Counted from the stretch's first letter, positions 26,081 to 35,553 are shown. The stretch: 64,000 nt of DNA from Actinomycetota bacterium (GCA_019348255.1 JAHWJU010000002.1:7132-71131); one strand, 5' to 3'. The notes: generated by a model not told the origin, from the sequence alone. A program made the numbers and translations.

Positions 26081-26632
26081 GTGAGCGACGAAGCCGAGAC
26101 GCCGACCGAGGCCACCGCGGCGCCCGAACCCGAGACCCTTCACGGCTGCCCCGTGACCTGGTCGGCCGGCCAGCAGGTTCTCCACGTGCCCCGGGAGCGC
26201 TACAGCGAGGTGATGCTGGCGCTGGCCGGAGAAGGCTTCGATCTCTGCTCCGACCTGTGCGCCGTCGACTACGCCGGGTCGTCCAGCCGGTCGCTCCCCG
26301 ACGGCATCTCCGCCGAGCGCTTCGAGGTGGTGGTGAACCTCACCTCCATGCGCCACCGCCGGCGGGTGCGGGTACGGGTGCAGGTGCCGGATGCAGATCC
26401 GGTCGTTCCCTCGCTGTTTGCGGTGTGGCCCGGCACCGAGGCGATGGAGCGCGAGGCCTGGGACATGCTCGGCGTGGCCTTCGATGGCCATCCCGACCTC
26501 ACCCGGATCCTGATGCCCGACGACTGGGAGGGCCACCCGCTCCGAAAGGACTACCCGGTGGGGCGGGTGCCGGTGCAGTTCAAGGCGACGGCTCGAGCCG
26601 CCGCCGACAGGTCCGGGACCAAGGGAGCATGA
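26081..26632 (+). CDS. nuoC: NADH-quinone oxidoreductase subunit C
   Basis: EREAWDMLGVAFDGHPDLTRILMPDDWEGHPLRKDYP signature. Confidence 0.9.
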   Translation: MSDEAETPTEATAAPEPETLHGCPVTWSAGQQVLHVPRERYSEVMLALAGEGFDLCSDLCAVDYAGSSSRSLPDGISAERFEVVVNLTSMRHRRRVRVRVQVPDADPVVPSLFAVWPGTEAMEREAWDMLGVAFDGHPDLTRILMPDDWEGHPLRKDYPVGRVPVQFKATARAAADRSGTKGA

Positions 26633-27960
26633 GGAGCCGGACGGCTTCAGCCGAGACGTCCGAGGGCCGCCAGGAGATGGCGCCGCGGGGGGCGACCGAG
26701 CGGGCCGAGTTGCTGCGCGAGGAGGGTGCGGTCCTCCGCCTTCCCGAGGGCCCGACGTTGTCGCCACAGGACGTGGCCATCGAAGTGGCCGGCGAGGGCG
26801 AGACCATGATCATCAACATGGGCCCGCAGCACCCGAGCACCCATGGCGTCTTGCGCGTGATGATGGAGCTCGACGGGGAGACGGTCGTCCGCTCCAAGCC
26901 GGTGATCGGCTACCTCCACACGGGCATGGAGAAGACGGCGGAGGACCTCATGTACATCCAGGGGTCCACCAACGTGACCCGGATGGACTACCTCGCCAAC
27001 TTCTTCAACGAGAACGTCTACTCGATGGCGGTGGAGCAACTGCTCGGCATCGAGGTGCCGCCCCGGGCGACGTGGATCCGGATGCTGCTCTGCGAGCTCA
27101 ACCGCATGTCCTCGCACCTGTTGTTCATGGCCACCAACGGCATGGACGTCGGGGCCCTCTCGATGATGATCTACGGCTGGCGGGAGCGCGAGCTCGTGCT
27201 GGCATTCTTCGAGAAGGTGACGGGGTTGCGGATGAACCACAACTTCATCCGTCCCGGTGGGGTGGCGGCCGACCTGCCGGCAGGTTGGCGGGACGACGTC
27301 AAGCAGATCTGCAACCTCATCGAGCCGAGGCTCGACGAGTACGACGAGCTGCTGACCGGCCAGCCGATCTTCCAGGAGCGGACCCAGGGGGTCGGGGTGC
27401 TGACTCCGGAACAGGCCGTGGCGCTGTCGGCCACGGGGCCCATCCTGCGCTCGACCGGGGTCGAGTGGGACCTGCGGCGGGACATGCCTTACCAGTACTA
27501 CGACCAGCTCGAATTCGACGTGATCGTGGGTCAGTACGGCGACGCCTTCGATCGCTACGCCATCCGCCTCAACGAGATCCGCGAGTCGATCAAGCTCGTC
27601 CGCCAGATCATCGAGCTCGTGCCCGGCGGTGACTACCGGACGCAGGACAAGAAGGTGACGCCGCCGCCCAGGGCCCGCATCGACGAGTCGATGGAAGCAT
27701 TGATCCACCACTTCAAGCTCTTCACGGAGGGGTTCCGGGTGCCCGCGGGAGAGGTGTACGTGCCCATCGAGTCCCCCCGCGGGGAGCTGGGCTGCTACCT
27801 GGTCTCGGACGGTTCGGCCAAGCCCTTCCGCCTCCACATCCGGGCACCGTCCTTCGCCAACCTCCAGACGCTGCCCGTTATGTTGCGCGGCGGCCTCATC
27901 GCCGACGCAGTCGCCATCATCTCCTCCATCGACCCCGTCATGGGAGACGTCGACCGATGA
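26629..27960 (+). CDS. nuoD: NADH-quinone oxidoreductase subunit D
   Basis: NMGPQHPSTHGVLR, IGYLHTGMEK and C-terminal DPVMGDVDR; ATGA overlap with nuoC. Confidence 0.9.
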   Translation: MRSRTASAETSEGRQEMAPRGATERAELLREEGAVLRLPEGPTLSPQDVAIEVAGEGETMIINMGPQHPSTHGVLRVMMELDGETVVRSKPVIGYLHTGMEKTAEDLMYIQGSTNVTRMDYLANFFNENVYSMAVEQLLGIEVPPRATWIRMLLCELNRMSSHLLFMATNGMDVGALSMMIYGWRERELVLAFFEKVTGLRMNHNFIRPGGVAADLPAGWRDDVKQICNLIEPRLDEYDELLTGQPIFQERTQGVGVLTPEQAVALSATGPILRSTGVEWDLRRDMPYQYYDQLEFDVIVGQYGDAFDRYAIRLNEIRESIKLVRQIIELVPGGDYRTQDKKVTPPPRARIDESMEALIHHFKLFTEGFRVPAGEVYVPIESPRGELGCYLVSDGSAKPFRLHIRAPSFANLQTLPVMLRGGLIADAVAIISSIDPVMGDVDR

Positions 27961-28078
27961 GGCCTTCGTCCTCACTCGCTTCGCTCCGTTCGGACGAGTT
28001 CGGTCGTGCCGGCCTTCGGCCGGCGCTGTCTTTCGCTCCGTCGACCGGCGGAGCCGGATCGACGGAGGGGGGCTGCTG
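27961..28078 (+). repeat. Structured intercistronic repeat, copy A (nuoD-nuoE junction)
   Basis: Shares a ~75-nt core with 48259-48382 and 56050-56197. Hairpins at 28008-28024 and 28036-28067. Bridged by a 40-codon ORF (27957-28079) docked ATGA/TGATG to nuoD and nuoE. Confidence 0.75.
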
Positions 28079-28822
28079 ATGGCGGGGCTGAGCAAGGAGA
28101 ACCTGGAGCGCGCTCGCCAGACGATCGCGCTGTATCCGCAGGCCCGCTCCGCGATGTTGCCGCTGTTGCACATCGTGCAGGAGCAGGAGGGCTACCTGAC
28201 GGAGGAGGGGATGGCGCAGGTGGCCGACTTGCTCGACCTGAGCCCGGCTGAGGTCTATGGGACGGCCACCTTCTACGACATGCTCTTCACCCACCCGGTG
28301 GGGACGTACCTGCTCTCCGTCTGCACCAACATCGCCTGCCTTCTGAACGGCGGCTACGAGCTGCTCGAGCACGCCGAGAAGCGCCTGGGGGTGAAGGCCG
28401 GCGGCACCACCGCCGATGGCCGCTTCACCCTGGAGGAGGTGGAGTGCATCGGCCTGTGCGGCAACGCCCCCTGCCTCACCGCCAACTGGCGGTTCTTCGG
28501 TGACCTTACCGCCGACAGCTTCGACACCCTCGTGGACGACCTCGGCGCCGGCCGCCTGAGCGAGACGGTGCCACGCCACGGCACTCTCTGCCGCGTTCGC
28601 CGCTCCGTGGGCCTGACGGCCGCCGGCCCCAAGGGTGAGCAGGCGAAGCCCCCGCCGGAAGAGGCGGCCGCTCCCGCCTCCGAGGCACCCCAGTCCGTCG
28701 CGCCCGGCACCCACGACCAGCCGCCGAGCCGCGAGGGCGCGGAGAAGGCCGCCAAGCAGGCCTCGGAGGTTCCGAAGACGGGCGACACCGCGTCCGACCA
28801 GGGGAGCGGGAGGCGAAAGTAG
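28079..28822 (+). CDS. nuoE: NADH-quinone oxidoreductase subunit E
   Basis: SAMLPLLHIVQEQEGY, GTATFYDMLF, VCTNIAC and ECIGLCGNAPC ([2Fe-2S] ligands); Pro/Ala/Glu-rich C-terminal tail. Confidence 0.9.
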   Translation: MAGLSKENLERARQTIALYPQARSAMLPLLHIVQEQEGYLTEEGMAQVADLLDLSPAEVYGTATFYDMLFTHPVGTYLLSVCTNIACLLNGGYELLEHAEKRLGVKAGGTTADGRFTLEEVECIGLCGNAPCLTANWRFFGDLTADSFDTLVDDLGAGRLSETVPRHGTLCRVRRSVGLTAAGPKGEQAKPPPEEAAAPASEAPQSVAPGTHDQPPSREGAEKAAKQASEVPKTGDTASDQGSGRRK

Positions 28823-30138
28823 TGGCCACCAGCGTCGACCCCATCGTCACCCGCAACATCGGAAACCCCGAATCGTGGACGTTGCGCAGCTACCTCGACC
28901 ACGGGGGCTACGAAGGCCTCCGCCGGGCACTGAAGATGAGCCCCGAGGAGGTTCAGTCCGAGGTCGACAAGGCCAACCTGCTCGGCCGGGGCGGCGCCGG
29001 CTTCCCCGCCGGGCGGAAGTGGTCGATGCTGCGCAAGGCGTCACCGTCCTATCTGGTCGTGAACGGCGACGAGAGCGAACCGGCCACCTTCAAAGACCAC
29101 ATGCTCATGGAGGAGGACCCGCACCAGATCATCGAAGGCACGCTCATCACCGCCTATGCCATCGGGGCGGCGCAGGCCTTCATCTACGTGCGGGGGGAGT
29201 TCGCCCTGGGCATCGAGCGGATGACGTCAGCTTTGAACGAGGCGTATGCCCACGGCGCCGTCGGTCACCGCATCTTCGATTCGGACTTCTCCATCGACGT
29301 CGTGATCCATCCCGGCGCCGGGGCCTACATCTGCGGTGACGAGACCGCGCTGCTCGAGAGCCTGGAGGGCAAGCGGGGCTTCCCCCGCATCAAGCCGCCC
29401 TACTTCCCGGCCGTGATGGGGCTGTACGGCGCCCCCACGATCGTCAACAACGTCGAGACCATGTCCAACGTCCCCTGGATCATCCTCAACGGCGGGGAGG
29501 CGTTTGCGGCCATGGGCGAGGCCCAAGCCACCGGCACCCGGCTCTTCGCCGTCTCGGGCCATGTCGTGAAGCCCGGCAACTACGAGGTGGAACTGGCGAA
29601 GAACACCTTCCGCGACCTCATCTACGACCCCCGGTACGGCGCCGGGATCCGGGGCGGCAACCAGCTCAAGGCGTTCATCCCCGGAGGCGCCTCGTCGTTC
29701 TGGTTCGGCCCCGAACGCCTCGACATGCCGCTCGACGAGACCAAGGTCAAGGGCGAGGGTGGCTCCATGATGGGTTCGGGTTCCGTCATCGCCATGGACG
29801 AGAACATGTGCATGGTGCGGGCCTCCTGGCGTCTCGTGCGCTTCTTCCAGCGGGAGTCGTGCGGGCAGTGCACACCGTGTCGCGAGGGGAGCAGCTGGCT
29901 GGAGAAGATCATGCGCCGGATCGAGAACGGGGCGGGGCGCACCGACGACCTCGACCTCCTGCTCGACGTGTGCGACAACATCTCGCCCGGCGTCCAGTGG
30001 CCGTCGAAGTGGCCGCCGAACATGACGACCATCTGTCCACTCGGCCCATCCATCCCGCCGCCTATCGTCTCGGCCATCGGCATGTTCCGCGACGAGTTCC
30101 TGGTCCACATCAAGGAGGGCGCCTGCCCGTATGGCTGA
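28822..30138 (+). CDS. nuoF: NADH-quinone oxidoreductase subunit F
   Basis: GRGGAGFPAGRKW (FMN/NADH site) and ESCGQCTPCREG (N3 cluster). Confidence 0.9.
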   Translation: MATSVDPIVTRNIGNPESWTLRSYLDHGGYEGLRRALKMSPEEVQSEVDKANLLGRGGAGFPAGRKWSMLRKASPSYLVVNGDESEPATFKDHMLMEEDPHQIIEGTLITAYAIGAAQAFIYVRGEFALGIERMTSALNEAYAHGAVGHRIFDSDFSIDVVIHPGAGAYICGDETALLESLEGKRGFPRIKPPYFPAVMGLYGAPTIVNNVETMSNVPWIILNGGEAFAAMGEAQATGTRLFAVSGHVVKPGNYEVELAKNTFRDLIYDPRYGAGIRGGNQLKAFIPGGASSFWFGPERLDMPLDETKVKGEGGSMMGSGSVIAMDENMCMVRASWRLVRFFQRESCGQCTPCREGSSWLEKIMRRIENGAGRTDDLDLLLDVCDNISPGVQWPSKWPPNMTTICPLGPSIPPPIVSAIGMFRDEFLVHIKEGACPYG

Positions 30139-32788
30139 CGCTGCCAGCGGTGAGAAGACGTCTGTCACCATCACCGTCGACGGGCGCGAGATCGAGGCGA
30201 AGCCCGGCGAGATGATCATCGCCGCGGCCGAGCGCCACGGCGTCTACATCCCCCGCTTCTGCTACCACCCGCGGATGCGGCCCGTCGGCATGTGCCGCAT
30301 GTGCCTGGTGGAGGTGGTCGGGCCCAGGGGGCCGATGCTGTCACCGGCGTGCTTCGTGCCGGTGGCCGATGGTCAGGTCGTGAACACCGAGACGCCGGGG
30401 GTGAAGAAGGCCCAGGACGGGGTGCTCGAGTTCCTTCTCGCCAATCACCCCCTCGACTGTCCGGTGTGCGACAAGGGCGGCGAGTGCCCTCTACAGGATC
30501 AGACCTTCGCCTTCGGTCCCGGCGAGACCAGGTTCGTCGAGGAGAAGCGGCACTGGGAGAAGCCCATATCGCTGTCGGCGCTGGTGCAGCTCGACCGGGA
30601 GCGCTGCATCCAGTGCGATCGCTGCACCCGCTTTGCCGACGAGGTGGCCGGGGACGCGCTCATCGAGTTCGTGGGCCGGGGTGCCGAGATCGAGATCAAC
30701 ACCTTCCCCGATGAGCCCTTCTCCTCGTACTTCAGCGGCAACACGGTTCAGATCTGCCCTGTGGGTGCGCTGCTGGCGGCTCCCTACCGCTTCCGGGCCC
30801 GCCCCTGGGACCTCGAGCAGGTGGAGAGCACCTGCCAGGCCTGCGCGTTCGGCTGCCGCATCGCCGTGCAGTCCTCGAACGACAAGCTCACCCGCTATCT
30901 CGGCCTCGACAGCGACCCCGTCAACCACGGCTGGCTGTGCGACAAGGGCCGGTTCTCCTACGAGGCGGTCAACAGCGCGCTGCGGCTGGGCCACCCTCTC
31001 GTGCGCAGCGGCAGCTCGCTGGCCGCAGCCTCGTGGTCGGAGGCCCTCGATGCTGCCGCCCAGGGCCTGTCCGACGCCCGAACGACCTTCGGTGCGGAGT
31101 CGGTCGCCGTCATCGGGGGCGCCCGGCTCGCCAACGAGGATGCCTACGCCTGGGCCAAGCTGGCCAAGGGGGTTCTGGGCACCGACTCCGTCGACTGCCA
31201 GTTGGGTGACGGCCTGCCCCCCGAGGTCGTGGTGGGTCTTCCCCGGGCCACCATCGACGAGGCCTGCTCGGCCTCCTCTGTCGTGCTTTTGGCGCCCGAC
31301 ATCAAAGAGGCACTCCCTGTCCTCTACCTCCGGTTGCGGGCCGCGGCTGTGGACGGCAAGACCAAGATCATCGAGCTGTCCCCCTGCAGCACCGGTCTCA
31401 CCCGCTATGCGGCTGCCGTCGTCGGCTACGCCCCGGGCGAGGCTGCCGCCGCGGCCCGTGCGCTGGCCGGCGCCGAGCCCGCCGGTGGCAACGATGCCGT
31501 GGAGGCGGCCAGGGCGATGCTGGGCGACCGGCCGGTGGTGGTGCTGGGGCGGCCTTCGGTGGCCGAGTCGGCCCAGTCGATCGTCGAGGCCGCTGGCGTG
31601 CTCGCCCAGCTGCCGGGCGTCCGTTTCCTCTCCGCGTTGCGGCGCGGCAACGTCCACGGCGCCATCGACGCCGGCCTGGCCCCGGGGCTGCTACCGGGAC
31701 GGGTCTCACTGAACAGCGCCGGCGACTGGTTCTCCAGGCACTGGGGCAGCGTCCCGGCAACCGCTGGGCTCGACACGGCGGGGATCCTGGCCGCGGCGGC
31801 CGCCGGGAACGTCCACGGGCTGGTGCTGCTGGGGGCCGACCCCCTGTCGGACTTCCCCGACCAGCAGCTCGCTCGGCGGGCCCTGGAGCGGGCTTCCTTC
31901 GTCGTGGCCGTCGACACCTTCCTCAACGACTCCGTGCAGCACGCCGACGTGGTGCTGCCCGCGGCCACCTTCGCCGAACGACCCGGCACCACCACCAACA
32001 TCGAGGGCCGGATCACGCGGCTCGGCCAGAAGATCACTGCTCCCGAGGTTGCCTGGCCCGACTGGATGATCGCCGTGGAGCTGGCCGCCCGCCTCGAGGC
32101 CGATCTCGGGTTCTTCTCGATGGAGGAGATCTCCGAGGAGATGGAGCGTCTCGCGCCGGCGTTCGCCGGCGTCACCTCCGAGCTCCTGGCCAGCCGCCCC
32201 TACCGCGACGGAGTGGTGATCCCTCTCCGGGAGTTCCCGTCGCCGACCCGGCCGACGACGGTCGACTCGACCGCGGATCCGATGTCGACCCCCGGCGTCC
32301 TCCATGCCGACGACCAGGGTCCCACCGAGCCGGTCCCCGCGGCCGACGACGAGGGTGACGAGGTCGAGGTGTCACCGTCAGAGGTCCCGGGATCCGATGG
32401 CGGAGCCAACCGGCCCCCGTTGCTGGAGTGGGACGGACGGGTGGAGCCGGTCACGCTGCCCAAGCCCGACGCCTATGCCCTGCGCCTGGTGGTCGGGCGC
32501 AAGCTCTACGACCGCGGCGTGCTCGTGCAGATGTCGCCGGCGCTGGCCCCTCTGGCCGCGCCGCCGGTGCTTCGGGCCCATCCCTCCGACCTCGACCGAC
32601 TGGGTGTCAAGAGCGGCGGCCAGGTCCGCCTGCGCTCCGCCCGGCTCAGTGCCACGATCGAGGTGCAAGCCGACCCCCATCAGCGGCGGGGCACGGCCAG
32701 CGTTCCCTACAACGTGCCCGGCCTCGACACCGGCGCCCTTCTGCGGGCGGACGAGCCGGTCACCGAGATCGCCATCGAGACGCTGTGA
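30131..32788 (+). CDS. nuoG: NADH-quinone oxidoreductase subunit G
   Basis: N-terminal FeS motifs (CYHPRMRPVGMCRMCLVEV; HPLDCPVCDKGGECPLQD; RCIQCDRCTRF) and a molybdopterin-oxidoreductase-like C-terminal part with an acidic insert. Confidence 0.9.
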   Translation: MADAASGEKTSVTITVDGREIEAKPGEMIIAAAERHGVYIPRFCYHPRMRPVGMCRMCLVEVVGPRGPMLSPACFVPVADGQVVNTETPGVKKAQDGVLEFLLANHPLDCPVCDKGGECPLQDQTFAFGPGETRFVEEKRHWEKPISLSALVQLDRERCIQCDRCTRFADEVAGDALIEFVGRGAEIEINTFPDEPFSSYFSGNTVQICPVGALLAAPYRFRARPWDLEQVESTCQACAFGCRIAVQSSNDKLTRYLGLDSDPVNHGWLCDKGRFSYEAVNSALRLGHPLVRSGSSLAAASWSEALDAAAQGLSDARTTFGAESVAVIGGARLANEDAYAWAKLAKGVLGTDSVDCQLGDGLPPEVVVGLPRATIDEACSASSVVLLAPDIKEALPVLYLRLRAAAVDGKTKIIELSPCSTGLTRYAAAVVGYAPGEAAAAARALAGAEPAGGNDAVEAARAMLGDRPVVVLGRPSVAESAQSIVEAAGVLAQLPGVRFLSALRRGNVHGAIDAGLAPGLLPGRVSLNSAGDWFSRHWGSVPATAGLDTAGILAAAAAGNVHGLVLLGADPLSDFPDQQLARRALERASFVVAVDTFLNDSVQHADVVLPAATFAERPGTTTNIEGRITRLGQKITAPEVAWPDWMIAVELAARLEADLGFFSMEEISEEMERLAPAFAGVTSELLASRPYRDGVVIPLREFPSPTRPTTVDSTADPMSTPGVLHADDQGPTEPVPAADDEGDEVEVSPSEVPGSDGGANRPPLLEWDGRVEPVTLPKPDAYALRLVVGRKLYDRGVLVQMSPALAPLAAPPVLRAHPSDLDRLGVKSGGQVRLRSARLSATIEVQADPHQRRGTASVPYNVPGLDTGALLRADEPVTEIAIETL

Positions 32789-33966
32789 CCATCGCTCCTG
32801 TGCTTGCCGGCGGTGACCCGCTGCTCACCGGGAAGATCGACTTCGCCGTCGTTCTCATCGTGCTGTTGAAGACCTTCGTCACCTTCGCCGTGCTGATGGT
32901 GGCGGTGCTGTTCATGGTGTGGTTCGAGCGCAAGGTCATCTCCGACATGCAGAACCGCATCGGCCCGAACCGGGCCGGGCCCTGGGGCATCCTGCAGTCG
33001 CTGGCCGACGGCATCAAGCTGTTCTTCAAGGAGGACCTGCTCCCCGAGAAGGCTGATCGCCGCGTCTTCCGCCTCGCGCCCTACCTGTCCGCGGTCCCGG
33101 CCTTCTTGTCGTTCGCCATCGTCCCGATCGGCGGGGTGGTGAGCATCTTCGGGCGCGAGACCCGCCTGCAGCTGGCCGACCCACCGGTGGGAATCCTGTT
33201 CCTGCTGGCGATGTCCTCCGTCGCCGTCTATGGCGTGATGCTGGCCGGGTGGGCCTCCGGTTCGAAGTACCCACTGTTGGGATCCGTGCGGGCTTCGGCA
33301 CAGATGGTCTCCTATGAAGCCGCTCTGGGCATCACCGTGGCCACCGTCGTGTTGCTCACCGGGTCGCTCTACACGAGCGACATCGTCGCCTCGCAGACAG
33401 GCAGCATCTTCAACTGGAACATCGTGAGGCTGGGAGGACTGCCCTTCCTCCTGTTCGTGGTGGCGGCCACGGCCGAGCTCAACCGTCCGCCTTTCGACCT
33501 GGTGGAGGCCGAACAGGAGTTGGTCGGCGGTTTCCACACCGAGTACTCCTCGATCCGCTTCGCACTGTTCTTCCTGGCCGAGTTCATGAACACGGTGACG
33601 ATGTCGGCCATCATCGTGGCGCTCTTCCTGGGTGGCTCCGACGGCCCCACGTTCGGGGTGGGCGGCGTCGTCGGCACATGGCTGCTGCCGTTGTTCTGGT
33701 TCGTGGCCAAGCTGTTCATCTTCCTGTTCACCTACGTGTGGTTCCGGGCGACGTTGCCGCGTCTGCGCTACGACCAGCTGATGGACCTCGGATGGAAGGT
33801 GCTCATCCCGGTGTCGCTGGCATGGCTGCTCGTCATCGCCGCCATCACCCTGGAGCGGCGCTACCTGGTGGCGGCCTTCCCGGCCATGCTGGTCGGCGCC
33901 GCCATGCTCTACCGCTCCCTGGCCCTCGGCAAGGATGCAGTCCGCCACGAGGACCTCCACGCGTGA
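32785..33966 (+). CDS. nuoH: NADH-quinone oxidoreductase subunit H
   Basis: WFERKVISDMQNRIGPNRAGPWGILQSLADGIKL and ELNRPPFDLVEAEQELVGGFHTEYS; GTGA overlap with nuoG. Confidence 0.9.
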   Translation: MTIAPVLAGGDPLLTGKIDFAVVLIVLLKTFVTFAVLMVAVLFMVWFERKVISDMQNRIGPNRAGPWGILQSLADGIKLFFKEDLLPEKADRRVFRLAPYLSAVPAFLSFAIVPIGGVVSIFGRETRLQLADPPVGILFLLAMSSVAVYGVMLAGWASGSKYPLLGSVRASAQMVSYEAALGITVATVVLLTGSLYTSDIVASQTGSIFNWNIVRLGGLPFLLFVVAATAELNRPPFDLVEAEQELVGGFHTEYSSIRFALFFLAEFMNTVTMSAIIVALFLGGSDGPTFGVGGVVGTWLLPLFWFVAKLFIFLFTYVWFRATLPRLRYDQLMDLGWKVLIPVSLAWLLVIAAITLERRYLVAAFPAMLVGAAMLYRSLALGKDAVRHEDLHA

Positions 33967-33976
33967 AAGGTCGCTG

Positions 33977-34621
33977 ATGGGATCACTCGACGGTTTCAAG
34001 GTCACGTTCCGCCAGATGTTCCTGCCCCGGGTCACGTCGTCGTACCCGGACGAGAAGCGACCGAAGCCGGAGCGTCACCACGGGCGACACGTCCTCAACC
34101 GTTACGAGGACGGCATGGAGAAATGCATCGGCTGCGAGCTCTGCGCCGGCGTGTGCCCGGCGAGGTGCATCTACGTCCGCGGCGCTGACAACCCTGTCGA
34201 TGCGCCCGTTTCCCCGGGCGAACGGTACGGGTTCGTCTACGAGATCAACTACCTGCGCTGCATCCACTGCGACCTCTGCGTCGAGGCATGCCCCACCGAG
34301 GCGATCACGGAGTCGAAGCTGTTCGAGTACTCCTTCACCAACCGCTCCGACGCCATCTACACCAAGGAAGAGCTGGTGGTGGGCGACGACGGCAATCCCC
34401 GCCATCTGCCCTGGGAGGACTGGCGGGAGGGCGACGACGAAGACGTCTCCGCCTGGGTGCGGGCGACGTCCTCCTCTGGCAGCGCCGAGTTCGTGGGCCG
34501 GGTGCAGTGGTCCGGCGACCTCGGCCGGGGCGTGCAGGAGCCCGAGCCGCCGCAGCGGGAGGCCGACGAGGAGACGGGCGAGCCCTGGTGGGTGCTGTCG
34601 GAGAACCGGGGCGGTAAGTGA
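33977..34621 (+). CDS. nuoI: NADH-quinone oxidoreductase subunit I
   Basis: CIGCELCAGVCP and CIHCDLCVEACP motifs; acidic C-terminal extension. Confidence 0.9.
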   Translation: MGSLDGFKVTFRQMFLPRVTSSYPDEKRPKPERHHGRHVLNRYEDGMEKCIGCELCAGVCPARCIYVRGADNPVDAPVSPGERYGFVYEINYLRCIHCDLCVEACPTEAITESKLFEYSFTNRSDAIYTKEELVVGDDGNPRHLPWEDWREGDDEDVSAWVRATSSSGSAEFVGRVQWSGDLGRGVQEPEPPQREADEETGEPWWVLSENRGGK

Positions 34622-35241
34622 TCGCAGTGCTCGCCGCGGCCACCAAGGTCGACCTGGCCGTGTTCGCGGTCAGCGCGGTGATCGTGATGGCCGGCGCCTT
34701 CGGGGTGGTCTTCTCCCGCAACCCGGTGCACTCCGCCCTCATGCTGGTCATGACCCTGTTCGGAGTGGCGGTGTTGTTCGTGGCCCAGGAGGCGCACTTC
34801 CTGGCGGTGGTCCAGGTGATCGTCTACGCCGGGGCCATCGTCGTGCTCTTCCTGTTCGTCATCATGCTGCTCGGCGTGGACCAGGAGGAGAACGTGGCAG
34901 CTGAGCGTCTCCGGGGGCAGCGGCCGGCGGCCATGGCGCTGGGTGGCCTCATGTTCTTCCTCGTGCTGTTGCTGGCCCAGGCCACCAACTGGGCCACCGG
35001 CACCCCCTCGGCCCGGGGCGCGGCCTCGGGTCCCGGCGAGAACGTCGAGAAGCTGGGGCGGTCGATCTTCACCACCTTCCTGCTGCCCTTCGAGGTCACC
35101 GCGGTCCTTCTCGTGATCGCCGTGGTGGGAGCTGTGGTGCTGGTGCGGCGATCGCCGAGCCTGCCCGAGGAGGGGGACGCCGAGGACGAGGCCGCTCCCG
35201 AACCCCGTGGGCAACGCCGGGACGAAGAGGTGCCGGCGTGA
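34618..35241 (+). CDS. nuoJ: NADH-quinone oxidoreductase subunit J
   Basis: ND6-like hydrophobic protein ([10 protein letters not shown]...[20 protein letters not shown]) in the canonical position; GTGA overlap with nuoI. Confidence 0.85.
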   Translation: MIAVLAAATKVDLAVFAVSAVIVMAGAFGVVFSRNPVHSALMLVMTLFGVAVLFVAQEAHFLAVVQVIVYAGAIVVLFLFVIMLLGVDQEENVAAERLRGQRPAAMALGGLMFFLVLLLAQATNWATGTPSARGAASGPGENVEKLGRSIFTTFLLPFEVTAVLLVIAVVGAVVLVRRSPSLPEEGDAEDEAAPEPRGQRRDEEVPA

Positions 35242-35543
35242 CCGTGGACGGCAGCTGGTACCTGATCCTGGCTGCGCTGCTGTTCACGGTAGGGGCCATA
35301 GGGCTGTTGATCCGGCGCAACGTGCTCGTGATGTTCATGTGCGTGGAGTTGATGCTCAACGCGGTGAACCTCACTCTCGTCACCTTCGCCCGCATGCTCG
35401 ACGACATCGGGGGCCAGGTGGCGGTGTTCTTCGTCCTCGTCGTCGCCGCCGCCGAGGTCGTGGTGGGGCTGGGCATCATCGTCTCGATCTTCCGGCGGCG
35501 AGTGGGCGCCACCGCCGACGACCTCCACATCCTCAAGGGCTAG
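35238..35543 (+). CDS. nuoK: NADH-quinone oxidoreductase subunit K
   Basis: 101-aa, 3-TM ND4L-like protein ([12 protein letters not shown]...[11 protein letters not shown]). Confidence 0.9.
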   Translation: MTVDGSWYLILAALLFTVGAIGLLIRRNVLVMFMCVELMLNAVNLTLVTFARMLDDIGGQVAVFFVLVVAAAEVVVGLGIIVSIFRRRVGATADDLHILKG

Positions 35544-35553
35544 GGCGGCCTCG

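Noticed and set aside
27957-28079. The idea that the mini-ORFs in the repeat encode a conserved functional micro-protein.
   Set aside because: Copy A reads the conserved core in a different frame from copies B and C, so the peptide sequence is not conserved. Conservation is in the nucleotide sequence and pairing. The ORFs are kept as a possible coupling device only.
28006-28251. 81-aa track ORF (and the N-terminal part of 48107..49402) reading through the repeat element into nuoE / nuoH2.
   Set aside because: These are read-through of the repeat in a frame that then overlaps the real nuoE or precedes the real nuoH2 start. There is no independent support.
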